In this document: one piece after another, positions 8,081-16,067 of the stretch
Layout: each line of letters opens with the position of its first letter
Numbering within the stretch: position 1 is the stretch's first letter
Assembly: GCA_022759035.1 (NCBI GenBank)
Contig: JAEMQD010000048.1
Span: 8,085-32,084, forward strand
Direction of reading: 5' to 3'
Source: Thiotrichales bacterium
GTDB lineage: Bacteria; Pseudomonadota; Gammaproteobacteria; Thiomicrospirales; Thiomicrospiraceae
DNA length: 24,000 nucleotides
Made by a program: the position numbers and the translations under genes
The notes under the pieces: model-generated
What the model saw: the letters and a program-made list of their open reading frames with translations, nothing else
The model's database searches: none
Told to the model about the DNA's origin: nothing

Positions 8081-8662
8081 CTAACCGATTGGGAGCTGCT
8101 GCGATCCTGGTTTGTTCGCAATTGAGGCATAGGTGTTATAAGCGGCCATTGCTTGCTCCTTACTTAGTCCCGACTTAGCAAAGCCACTAACAAAGCGATC
8201 AAGTGTTTTGTTCTCTGTTTGGTTGCTGCTATTGTTCGTACTGTTGCTGTCTGTTGTGTTATTCGTTGCTTGTGCAGTAGCGGTAGCATTTTGCTGTGAA
8301 ATAGTGCTAACCCTAGCCAAAGGTGTTGTTGGGTTGGCTTTATTCTGATTCGCCAAGTTCGCGTAGGTATTGTAGGCGTTAATCGCTTGTTCTTTACTTA
8401 GTCCTGACTTAGCAAAGCCATTAACAAAGCGATCGAGTATTTTGTTGCTATTCGTATCGCTATTTGTTTTGCTGGTATCATTCGCCGCCGCATTGCGTGC
8501 CGCACTTGAAATGCTCACCTGCTCGGATTGTTTGTTTGCCGCTGTGCTTGCTGTGGTCGCGGTTGTTGCCGTATTTGTTGTAGACTGTGTTTTCTGTGTT
8601 CCACCATTATAAGTCGGGATATCATAGCGATAACTGTTGTAAGTTGTTTTGGTTAAACTCAT
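8081..8662 (-). CDS. Hypothetical low-complexity (T/N/S/A/Q-rich) protein with two copies of a 33-aa helical module; no signal peptide or TM
   Basis: 193-aa ORF. GGGAGAG lies upstream of the ATG (spacer TATC), and the gene starts 20 nt after the upstream gene's stop. NKILDRFVNGFAKSGLSKEQAINAYNTYANLAN (aa 73-105) and NKTLDRFVSGFAKSGLSKEQAMAAYNTYASIAN (aa 151-183) are 27/33 identical by hand count. The rest is polar and disordered-looking. Confidence 0.6.
   Translation of the reverse strand: MSLTKTTYNSYRYDIPTYNGGTQKTQSTTNTATTATTASTAANKQSEQVSISSAARNAAANDTSKTNSDTNSNKILDRFVNGFAKSGLSKEQAINAYNTYANLANQNKANPTTPLARVSTISQQNATATAQATNNTTDSNSTNNSSNQTENKTLDRFVSGFAKSGLSKEQAMAAYNTYASIANKPGSQQLPIG
8114..8212 (-). 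repeat. Intragenic direct repeat, copy 2 (encodes aa 151-183 of the 193-aa protein)
   Basis: Aligns without gaps to 8348-8446, an offset of 234 nt (78 codons). Hand count gives 78/99 identical overall and 49/53 in the core, 8160-8212 versus 8394-8446. Confidence 0.8.
8348..8446 (-). repeat. Intragenic direct repeat, copy 1 (encodes aa 73-105 of the 193-aa protein)
   Basis: See the partner repeat at 8114-8212. Confidence 0.8.
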
Positions 8663-8682
8663 GATACTCTCCCTTTGCGCAA

Positions 8683-9069
8683 TTAGGCGCTTGTATTAAC
8701 GTATCGCCCGACAATTTTTTGTGTAATGTCATAAGGCGTTAAATTTGGTTTAGTTTCTAGATTTAATGCAGAAAGGTCTGTCGCATGGTTTGCTGCGGTT
8801 AGGTTTGTAGACTGTGCGGTTTTTTTCTGGCTTGTCTGTAGGTCTGTCGCATAGCTGGCTAAATCATTCGCTTTTTCTTGTGCATTGATGTAGGCGACCT
8901 TTTTATTTTCTTCCTGTTGCTTGGCGGCATCCGCTTGTTTTTTCGCGGCCTCATAACTTTGGCGCAAACTATCCGCTTGCCGCATTTTTTGTTCTGCAGC
9001 AGCGTTGGCCTGTTGTAGCTGAAAAGCCGACAAGCCAATATTAGGTGCACCAAGAGAAGGGGTAATCAT
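8683..9069 (-). CDS. Hypothetical small coiled-coil protein (A/Q/K/E-rich), no signal peptide or TM
   Basis: 128-aa ORF with an ATG start. The central segment FQLQQANAAAEQKMRQADSLRQSYEAAKKQADAAKQQEENKKVAYINAQEKANDL is helical/coiled-coil in character. It lies directly upstream of 8081-8662 and is apparently co-transcribed with it. No convincing SD (GGCAG only). Confidence 0.5.
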   Translation of the reverse strand: MITPSLGAPNIGLSAFQLQQANAAAEQKMRQADSLRQSYEAAKKQADAAKQQEENKKVAYINAQEKANDLASYATDLQTSQKKTAQSTNLTAANHATDLSALNLETKPNLTPYDITQKIVGRYVNTSA

Positions 9070-9107
9070 GTTGATTCTGCCATGCCTAAAATAAGCGACT
9101 TTGCTTG

Positions 9108-9136
9108 ATTATTTTCTCTTTATGTTGTTTTGTCAA
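9108..9136 (-). promoter_or_regulatory. Sigma70-type promoter for the 8683-9069 / 8081-8662 gene pair
   Basis: On the minus strand: TTGACA (plus coords 9131-9136), 17 nt spacer, AATAAT (9108-9113). It sits in the 131-nt AT-rich gap downstream of the cyclase gene. The predicted leader is ~30 nt. Confidence 0.55.
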
Positions 9137-9200
9137 TATTTTTTAACAAAAATAACCATGTTTTGCTTCAGTTTTTTGATTTGTTGCCGCTATGGCGGCA

Positions 9201-11537
9201 CTAGGTGTTTTCTTCATAGAAGCAGAATTGGTTTTTCCCTGCCGTTTTAGCACGATACATGGCTTGATCTGCTTGGCTAAGTAACGTTTGTTCTGATAGC
9301 GCTGTATCGGCATCTGTGGGTTGGTAAAAACGTACACCAATGCTGGCAGATACATGGAGTTCGGCGCCGTGAATGAGCACCGGTGTAGCCGCTGCATCGA
9401 GTAACCGATTAATGAGCGGGTAAAGTTCTATAACGGTTTGTAGTTGACTAATAACGGCAACAAATTCATCACCACCTAGGCGGGCGATGGTGTCTTCGGT
9501 ACGTAATGCGTGCTTGAAGCGGTGCGCTATCTCTACCAACAAGAAATCACCCGCATCATGACCGTGCGTATCGTTGATTTGTTTAAAACCATCTAAATCG
9601 ATAAACAGTAAAGCCATTGCGTGCGCTTGACGAATGGCGCTGGCAATTGCTTGACGGATACGCTCGGTTAATAGTAGGCGATTTGGTAGTTCGGTGAGCG
9701 GATCGTAGTGAATCAACTTTTCTAGGCGTGCTTGTTGTTCTTTCTGTTGGCTAATATCAGAAAAAATAGCAACATAATTGACGACATTATTGTGTTGATC
9801 ACGAATGGCGCTAATGGTTAAAAACTCAGGATAGAGTGCCCCATTTTTTCGGCGGTTCCATACCTCACCGCGCCACATGCCGTGTGTATTAATGGCTTGC
9901 CACATGGTTTGATAAAACAGTTTATCTTGTTTGCCAGACTGAAGAATCCGCGGGTTTTTACCTAGTACCTCTGCTTTACTATAGCCAGAGATATATTCAA
10001 AAGCAGGATTAACGTTGACGATATTTCTGTTGGCATCGGTAATCATAATACCCTCTAAGCTAACATCAAAAACCAAGGCTGCTTGTTCGAGCTGTAATTT
10101 TTGCGTATAAGTCAGCGTAACATCTTGATGCGTGCCTTGCATAACCAAGGGTACACCTTGCTTATCATATTCAATAAAGCTACCAATGGTATGGATCCAT
10201 AACCAATGACCAGCTTTATGCTGTAGGCGCACGGTAATGTCGTATTGTGTGCTTTCGCCATTAATGTATTGTTGATAAGCGGTTTTGAATACAGGGAAGT
10301 CGTCTGGATGGAGTAACTGGTTCCAAGTGCTAATATCTGGCACGAGTGCTTCTACGCTGTAACCCAGCATATTTGCCCAGTTTGTGTCGACAATAAGCTG
10401 GTTTGTGTGCAAATACCATGTCCACGTGCCAGTTTTGGTCGCATTTAAAACCGATTGCAGTTGATCGGCTTTAGCTTGTATCCGTTTGCGTAACATGAGC
10501 GCCCAAGCAAAGGAAAGGATTAAAATCAGCAGTAATGTAAAAAATAGTACTATTTCCGGCCAATGTGTTCGCCAGATTTCGTACCAGTTTGGGATGTATA
10601 TTTGGTTAAAGGGTGGTAACTTTAATGTGCGTAAAACTTGCTCGAGCAAATGGCAGTCTACGGGGGGTACAAACCCATTAATACTTAGTAATTGTGCGGA
10701 AGGATGCTGTTTGCTAATGTGAAATAAAGCAATGGTAAGTTGCTTGATTGCTTCTGGATCGGTATGTTCCAAGCTATAAACGGGCCATTCCGCGGTCAAC
10801 TCAGTAGAAACCATGAAGGGAAAGCTAGGCAGATTACGCTGGTGAATAATATGTAATCGGTTTGCCTCTAATTGTTTGTGTTGTATCCAATTTTCTAAAA
10901 TGCCAGTACGCACGAAACCAACATCAGCGTCACCATTGAGTACGGCACGGACAACATTGTCATTATTTTGTGTTTCAATGAAAGTAAGTGCACTTTTATC
11001 AATACCAGCTTTGTGAAGTTCATAGAGCGGGAGCGCATAAGCCCCTGCATTGCTTGTCGCAGGAATAGCGATACGTTTGCCGATCAATTGGTGTAGATCA
11101 TTGACAGGGTGTGTGTTGTTTAATTCAAAGATGACGCCTCCAAGACTCGTTAACAACTGTTCGTTTTGGTAAATCTGTACGGTAGCAATGGGGGCAGAGA
11201 AGCTATAATTTTGTCTCAGTTGTTGGAAAAGTCCGGGATTGGTAAACAAGATATCTAACTGGTTGCTTTGTATTTTTTGCTCAATTTCTTTAATAGAAAG
11301 CAGTGTAATGTGTACTCGATAATCGCGCATTTCTGCGTTCAAATCTTTTTCTAAGGCAAGGTAGCCAGCACTTAAATCAGCAGCATCTTCAAAGGCATAA
11401 ACACCCATTTCAATGACGGGGCGCTGATCGATTGGTGCGCTTTCACCATAACTGGCTTGTGTTAACCCGAGACTCAGTGTCACTAAGCACAGGCGCAGGT
11501 AATCGTAAAAATTAATGCGGTAGTGTTGTGTTGTCAA
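9201..11537 (-). CDS. Sensor diguanylate cyclase: signal peptide/periplasmic PhnD-like substrate-binding domain, TM, PAS, PAS, GGDEF with I-site
   Basis: 778 aa. The periplasmic region (aa ~40-300: IAIPATSNAGAYALPLYELHKAGID...NGDADVGFVRTGILENW) follows the phosphonate-binding-protein-like (type 2 PBP) pattern. TM at aa 326-348. Two PAS-like blocks at aa ~360-600. The GGDEF domain has canonical RLGGDEF (GGDEF at nt 9462-9476) and RTED (RxxD) five residues upstream (nt 9492-9503). The start as drawn is TTG at 11537, with AGGA 8 nt upstream, and it overlaps the upstream gene by 26 nt. Confidence 0.85.
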   Translation of the reverse strand: MTTQHYRINFYDYLRLCLVTLSLGLTQASYGESAPIDQRPVIEMGVYAFEDAADLSAGYLALEKDLNAEMRDYRVHITLLSIKEIEQKIQSNQLDILFTNPGLFQQLRQNYSFSAPIATVQIYQNEQLLTSLGGVIFELNNTHPVNDLHQLIGKRIAIPATSNAGAYALPLYELHKAGIDKSALTFIETQNNDNVVRAVLNGDADVGFVRTGILENWIQHKQLEANRLHIIHQRNLPSFPFMVSTELTAEWPVYSLEHTDPEAIKQLTIALFHISKQHPSAQLLSINGFVPPVDCHLLEQVLRTLKLPPFNQIYIPNWYEIWRTHWPEIVLFFTLLLILILSFAWALMLRKRIQAKADQLQSVLNATKTGTWTWYLHTNQLIVDTNWANMLGYSVEALVPDISTWNQLLHPDDFPVFKTAYQQYINGESTQYDITVRLQHKAGHWLWIHTIGSFIEYDKQGVPLVMQGTHQDVTLTYTQKLQLEQAALVFDVSLEGIMITDANRNIVNVNPAFEYISGYSKAEVLGKNPRILQSGKQDKLFYQTMWQAINTHGMWRGEVWNRRKNGALYPEFLTISAIRDQHNNVVNYVAIFSDISQQKEQQARLEKLIHYDPLTELPNRLLLTERIRQAIASAIRQAHAMALLFIDLDGFKQINDTHGHDAGDFLLVEIAHRFKHALRTEDTIARLGGDEFVAVISQLQTVIELYPLINRLLDAAATPVLIHGAELHVSASIGVRFYQPTDADTALSEQTLLSQADQAMYRAKTAGKNQFCFYEENT

Positions 11538-12516
11538 ATTCGGGTCCTGGTAAATAAGCGGAAGTCATTAGGCCTGCTAAGTTATCTGGTTTAACCATTT
11601 GTTGATGGCTTACCATAAGCTGATTAAGTAACTTCACTGTTTCGTAAAAACTAGAGTGCTGTTCAAGTAAAGCGCGGTTGTGTGCAACGCTAGGTAAGAT
11701 GATCCCATTTAATGCATTTTTTATTTCGTCATAGGTTAAATTGCCGCGTGCTGCCATGCTGTAAATCGCCTCATCTCGGTTGCTTTTAAAGCTAGCAAGC
11801 ATGGCGAAGTGGGCGCGTAGTAACTGACGTAGGGTGACTTCCATGCGCGCTAATCGATCGGTGCGCACGGCAAATACGTCAAAAATGCGTTGCGGAAAAT
11901 CTTTGCTGGAATAAGCTACTTTGGCGCCCAGTCGTGTTAATTGGCTGGCATAAGGCTCATAAGTAATGACAATATCAACTGCGCCTCGTTGCCAGGCGGT
12001 TAGTTGGTCTTCGCCAACAGGCAGCGGAATTAAGCGCATCTGTTCGCGTGTTAAATCTAGGCGATCAAGCAGCAGGTCAAGCATGAGCTCACCAATTTGC
12101 GTTGGCTCGTAGGCGATGCGCTGATTCGCTTGTATGGGGACTAAGTTTTTGTGTTCGTCGCTACGGACAAGGACAACATCTGCACCAGCAGAGATATCGA
12201 GAATAGCGACGATGGTTAGCGGGATACCTTGACTGCGCAGTTGTAAGACTTCGTCTAAGGTGTAGGTGCCAGCGTCGACCAAGCCCTGCTTGGTGTATTC
12301 CATTTTTTCGCTATTATTGCGCAGCTTGATCAAGCTCACGCTTTCGGGTAGTTTTGCTTGCGCCTCGGCAAGATAAAAGGAGTTATAGCCAATCCATTCG
12401 TGAATCGCTACACGCATTGGCGCACTAGATGTGCACGAAGTCAGTAGTGCGCTACTAAAAGGTAGTGTCAACATGAGTTGTGCAAAAGCGCGCCGCGTTA
12501 GCATAAAAAACACCAT
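11512..12516 (-). CDS. Periplasmic substrate-binding (lipo)protein, NMT1/THI5-like (nitrate/sulfonate/bicarbonate-type SBP fold); no cognate ABC permease or ATPase nearby
   Basis: 334 aa. The N-terminus MVFFMLTRRAFAQLMLTLPFSSALLTSCTSS has a Tat-like TRRAF motif and a lipobox-like LTSC. The body (VAIHEWIGYNSFYLAE...GAVDIVITYEPYASQL...FDVFAVRTD) follows the COG0715-type SBP pattern. The true start may be the second ATG (12504-12502). Confidence 0.7.
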   Translation of the reverse strand: MVFFMLTRRAFAQLMLTLPFSSALLTSCTSSAPMRVAIHEWIGYNSFYLAEAQAKLPESVSLIKLRNNSEKMEYTKQGLVDAGTYTLDEVLQLRSQGIPLTIVAILDISAGADVVLVRSDEHKNLVPIQANQRIAYEPTQIGELMLDLLLDRLDLTREQMRLIPLPVGEDQLTAWQRGAVDIVITYEPYASQLTRLGAKVAYSSKDFPQRIFDVFAVRTDRLARMEVTLRQLLRAHFAMLASFKSNRDEAIYSMAARGNLTYDEIKNALNGIILPSVAHNRALLEQHSSFYETVKLLNQLMVSHQQMVKPDNLAGLMTSAYLPGPEFDNTTLPH

Positions 12517-12586
12517 GCCCTAGTGGGTTATTTATGCTTTGATTGTACCTTTGTCTTTGCGAGAATGCTAGTGGTTGTTTTGATAC

Positions 12587-13153
12587 TCACCAACGACAAG
12601 CTTGCGCGAGTTTGCTTAGCAGCTTTCTTTGCGCATCAATATAGGCAGGCATGCTGTTATCCGTTGTTTTTTCTGTTTCGGTGACTTGGCGTTCGAAGCG
12701 TGTTTTTTGGCTGCTTTTTTCAATAAAACGGCACGTGGCTTGTAGTTGTACTGTGCCACCTAGGCTGCCATCGAGTTGTTGAATGTCTAGCGCCCATTGA
12801 TAGGTTGGTAAGGGTCGTGCATCGCTCGGATAAGCATACACCCATTGTTGTGGATGATCGTTTTGCAGTTGCGTGCTTAAGTATTGTGTTACTTCTTCTT
12901 GTAGGCGTCCGCCCCATTGGTGTTGTTCGGCAAATACAACCTCGCTTTGCGACAAGCGCGTTACAATTTGTGGTCGATTGAGGAGTTTGGGCAAGGTAAT
13001 TGGGCCGATACCAATGCGTTGCACGGTATCGGCAGTGGTATCAATGACATGATTTTGCGGACTGCCATCTTGTAAGGAATAATAATGCATTGGTTGCCCA
13101 GCACAGGCGCTAAGTAGTAATGCACTTATGGTGACCAATAATCTATTTTTCAT
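12587..13153 (-). CDS. pqiC: Intermembrane transport lipoprotein PqiC (YmbA family)
   Basis: 188 aa. Lipoprotein signal MKNRLLVTISALLLSAC. ATGA start/stop overlap with pqiB. Size and position match E. coli PqiC. Confidence 0.8.
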   Translation of the reverse strand: MKNRLLVTISALLLSACAGQPMHYYSLQDGSPQNHVIDTTADTVQRIGIGPITLPKLLNRPQIVTRLSQSEVVFAEQHQWGGRLQEEVTQYLSTQLQNDHPQQWVYAYPSDARPLPTYQWALDIQQLDGSLGGTVQLQATCRFIEKSSQKTRFERQVTETEKTTDNSMPAYIDAQRKLLSKLAQACRW

Positions 13154-14802
13154 GGTTGGCTTTTTCCGAAAATAACCGCGTTGGGTTGGCGTTGTAAGGT
13201 GTCGGCGAGCGTTTCTACGGCGTTGGCAGCTTTGGCCGTTTCTTCCATGAGCAGACGAAGGTCGTGCTGTAGTAGTGCGTCGTCTCCTAAGTTGCTGTTA
13301 ATTTTTTGTAGGCTGGTGTCCAGCGTTGCCAAGGTCTTTTGTGTTTGTAATAGGGTTGCATTGAAGTTGTTGGGTAGGTCTTTCAAATTAGCTAAAGTGG
13401 CATTGGTTTGCTTTAGCAATTGTTCGGTTTGTTGCAGTACGGAGTCTTTTCGTTTCTCATCTAGCAAGCTGCGCAATCCCTGAGCACTATCGCGGAGTAA
13501 ACTAATCGTTTCTTTAATCGGTGCTTGGTCTAATTGCGCCAAAATGCCGCTAACGCTACGACCAATTTGTTCAATATCTGCAGGCATCGTTGGGAAAATG
13601 GGGTAGTTGTGTGTATTGGTGCTGGCCACAAAGACGGGCGCATTGTTGTGATAGCTGATATCAATGGCGCTTTGCCCTGTTAATAGGTTAATGGGTTTAA
13701 GCTGAGCGCGTAATCCTTGTTTCATCATTTGGCTAAAAAGCTGTTGTGCTTTTTCGGCATCATTCGGCATAGCGAGACGTTCTGGCCAAATTTCGACTAA
13801 GACAGGAATATCTATTTTTAAGGTTTTGCTATCGAAATGGGGTGAAAAATCGATAACTTGGCCAATGTCTAAGCCTTGCATTTGCACCTTGGCGCCTTCG
13901 CTCAGCCCAGCAACGCTTCCAGTGAATGGCATAACATAGGTGAGCTTAGTTTTCGGGTAGCTTTGTTTAATGCTGTCCTTATTGGGATAAAGTTCAAACA
14001 GATCGCTATCTAGGTGGTTTGCATTATTATCGTCAAGGACATCGACGTTTTCAAAAGCAACGCCACCTTGCATGAAAGAAAGCAGCGACTCCATGCGCGC
14101 TTTAATACCGTCTCCATTCATTGACAGCTCGACACCGTTTACGTTCCAAAAGCGCGTATTGTTTTTGACAAGCCGATCGTAGGGGCTACGAATAAAAACA
14201 TGAATGCGCATACGATCATCATCACCTAGGGTGTAAGAAACGACTTCACCAACAGCGATCCCCCGATAAAAAACAGGAGAACCAACGTCCATTGACCCTA
14301 ATCGATCGGCGGTTAGCGTAAATTGTCGCCCATTACTCGCACCACTTAAGGTGGGTGGATCGTCTAAGCCAACAACACGTTCAGGCATATCGCCTGTATC
14401 ACCAGGCGTCATTGCAATATAGGCGCCTGATAGTAAGGTGCTTAACCCACTAATGGTACGCGTTGTCACGCGCGGACGAACCACCCAGAAACGCGCGTTA
14501 TCGTGTAATTGTTTGGCAAAGCGACGATCAATAGCAATATCTACTGCCACCTTGGTTAAGTCATCACTTAGCCCGACGCTACTTACTTTGCCGATGACGA
14601 CTTCTTTATAACGAACTTGGGTTTTGCCAACCTCAATGCCTGTTGCACTATCGAACAACACAGTCATGTGTATGCCTTGACTTCGCCAAGCTTGATAGCC
14701 GATGTAGCTAGCGATGCTGAGTGCCAACAAAGGTACCAACCAAATGAGCGACCATTGACGCGAATGGCGAATAATTTTGGCGGTTACCACTTCGTCAGTC
14801 AT
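13150..14802 (-). CDS. pqiB: Intermembrane transport protein PqiB (three MCE domains + C-terminal coiled coil)
   Basis: 550 aa. N-terminal TM (WSLIWLVPLLALSIASYIGY). Three MCE-like blocks (GIEVGKTQVRYKEVVIGKV; MDVGSPVFYRGIAVGEV; LSEGAKVQMQGLDIGQV). The C-terminus is long and helical. The start overlaps the upstream gene's stop by 8 nt (ATGACTGA). Confidence 0.9.
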   Translation of the reverse strand: MTDEVVTAKIIRHSRQWSLIWLVPLLALSIASYIGYQAWRSQGIHMTVLFDSATGIEVGKTQVRYKEVVIGKVSSVGLSDDLTKVAVDIAIDRRFAKQLHDNARFWVVRPRVTTRTISGLSTLLSGAYIAMTPGDTGDMPERVVGLDDPPTLSGASNGRQFTLTADRLGSMDVGSPVFYRGIAVGEVVSYTLGDDDRMRIHVFIRSPYDRLVKNNTRFWNVNGVELSMNGDGIKARMESLLSFMQGGVAFENVDVLDDNNANHLDSDLFELYPNKDSIKQSYPKTKLTYVMPFTGSVAGLSEGAKVQMQGLDIGQVIDFSPHFDSKTLKIDIPVLVEIWPERLAMPNDAEKAQQLFSQMMKQGLRAQLKPINLLTGQSAIDISYHNNAPVFVASTNTHNYPIFPTMPADIEQIGRSVSGILAQLDQAPIKETISLLRDSAQGLRSLLDEKRKDSVLQQTEQLLKQTNATLANLKDLPNNFNATLLQTQKTLATLDTSLQKINSNLGDDALLQHDLRLLMEETAKAANAVETLADTLQRQPNAVIFGKSQP

Positions 14803-15430
14803 TGGTTGACTCCTCCTGTTGCGCGCATTTATCCCATAGCCAACGAATGTCGAACGCTTTCGTTGCCCAAATCGTTAATAGTACAACACCTGCGAAGGAT
14901 AAGGTGCCAGCACCGACTTGAATATAGGCAAATTCACCAAATTGTACTAAAGCGACCAGCAGTGCGATGACAAAAACATCAACCATCGACCATCGACCAA
15001 TAAACTCAATAAGACGATAAAGCTTCGTTTTTTCGACACAACCTGCGCAATAACCCCATTGCACACTAATCAGAAGTCCTGCTAAGACCAGCATCTTTAA
15101 CAAGGGAATTAACATGCTGGCAATGAAAATAATTAAAGCGAGTATCCATGAGCCAGACTGCAAAAATTGAATAATGCCGCTAATGATCGTGCTTTGCGTG
15201 CCTTGCCCCAAGTTAATCACATTCATAACGGGCAATAGATTGGCAGGAAGGTAGAGTGTCATGGCTGCGAGCAATAGCGCCCAGACTTGTTGTAGTTGTG
15301 GTTGTGCACGCTGTTTAACGACGCTACCGCAGCGAGCGCAGGCATAATGCGCTTGTGCGTCTGGCACATGGTTGAGTTGATGGCAGGTCGAACAACGCAC
15401 CAAGTTTTGGCTACGTGCGGTTATGTGCAT
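14795..15430 (-). CDS. pqiA: PqiA-family integral membrane protein, second half-size paralogue
   Basis: 211 aa. N-terminal CxxC...CxxC (CSTCHQLNHVPDAQAHYACARCG) followed by four hydrophobic segments, which is the repeat unit of PqiA. Its ATG overlaps the upstream gene's stop by 10 nt. Confidence 0.8.
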   Translation of the reverse strand: MHITARSQNLVRCSTCHQLNHVPDAQAHYACARCGSVVKQRAQPQLQQVWALLLAAMTLYLPANLLPVMNVINLGQGTQSTIISGIIQFLQSGSWILALIIFIASMLIPLLKMLVLAGLLISVQWGYCAGCVEKTKLYRLIEFIGRWSMVDVFVIALLVALVQFGEFAYIQVGAGTLSFAGVVLLTIWATKAFDIRWLWDKCAQQEESTND

Positions 15431-16020
15431 TGTGCCACCTCACGCCAATAGCCATCGACATCAAAGGCGATTTGAATGGCTGCGATTGTCAGCATTAGGC
15501 CAATAAAAGCGAGAAGCGACCAACCAGGGACAACCTGCGCCATTGCCGATAATTTTACACTAGTAACCAAAACACCGAGAAAAAATACCTCAAGCATCAT
15601 CCATTGTTCATTATCGCGAAATAAACGAAACAACCAGCCGAGTGCCCAAGGACGTTTGCCCCAAGCTAGGGGTAAAATAAGCCAGAGCATAATGCCTAAT
15701 TGCAGCACGGGGGCCACAATTGTTGTCATGGCAAAGAGCAGGGTTAACAAAATTTCGCCCTGATGCAGCATGCTAATTGTGCCTTGCCATAAGCCAACAG
15801 CTTGGGCAACGCCATTAACTTCGAGGACGAGTAAAGGCTGCACCAAACTGGTTATCCAAAAAATAATGCCTGTTATGGTTAAAGCAAGCAGTAATTGGAA
15901 GGAAAAGCCACCTTGCGTGAGTGACGCGCCGCATCGTGGACAATAGGCACGCGCACCTTCAGGTAGTGCCGGTACGGTCACCAATAAGTCACAATCTGGG
16001 CAAGCGGTGCGAATGGTCAC
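15421..16020 (-). CDS. pqiA: PqiA-family integral membrane protein, first half-size paralogue
   Basis: 199 aa. GTG start with AGGA upstream. CPDCDLLVTVPALPEGARAYCPRCG followed by hydrophobic segments. Confidence 0.8.
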   Translation of the reverse strand: MTIRTACPDCDLLVTVPALPEGARAYCPRCGASLTQGGFSFQLLLALTITGIIFWITSLVQPLLVLEVNGVAQAVGLWQGTISMLHQGEILLTLLFAMTTIVAPVLQLGIMLWLILPLAWGKRPWALGWLFRLFRDNEQWMMLEVFFLGVLVTSVKLSAMAQVVPGWSLLAFIGLMLTIAAIQIAFDVDGYWREVAQCT

Positions 16021-16067
16021 GTAAAGCGATTCCTTTCGTTAAATAAGGTGACAAAAACTTGGCTATC

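Noticed and set aside
9185-9200. GC hairpin TGCCGC-TATG-GCGGCA directly after the cyclase stop codon, considered as an intrinsic terminator.
   Set aside because: The stem is real (6 bp). On the minus-strand transcript, however, it is followed by an A-rich rather than U-rich tract, so it is not a canonical rho-independent terminator. I kept it only as context for the downstream promoter.
9143-9397. Track ORF of 84 aa (-) spanning the cyclase 3' end and part of the intergenic gap.
   Set aside because: It is out of frame with and mostly inside the well-supported GGDEF domain coding sequence. It has no SD and no motifs.
13181-15763. Plus-strand track ORFs antisense to pqiB/pqiA (13181-13483, 14617-14970, 15476-15763).
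   Set aside because: These are shadow ORFs opposite strongly supported MCE/PqiA coding sequence. Their translations are Cys/Ser/Arg-rich nonsense typical of antisense frames.
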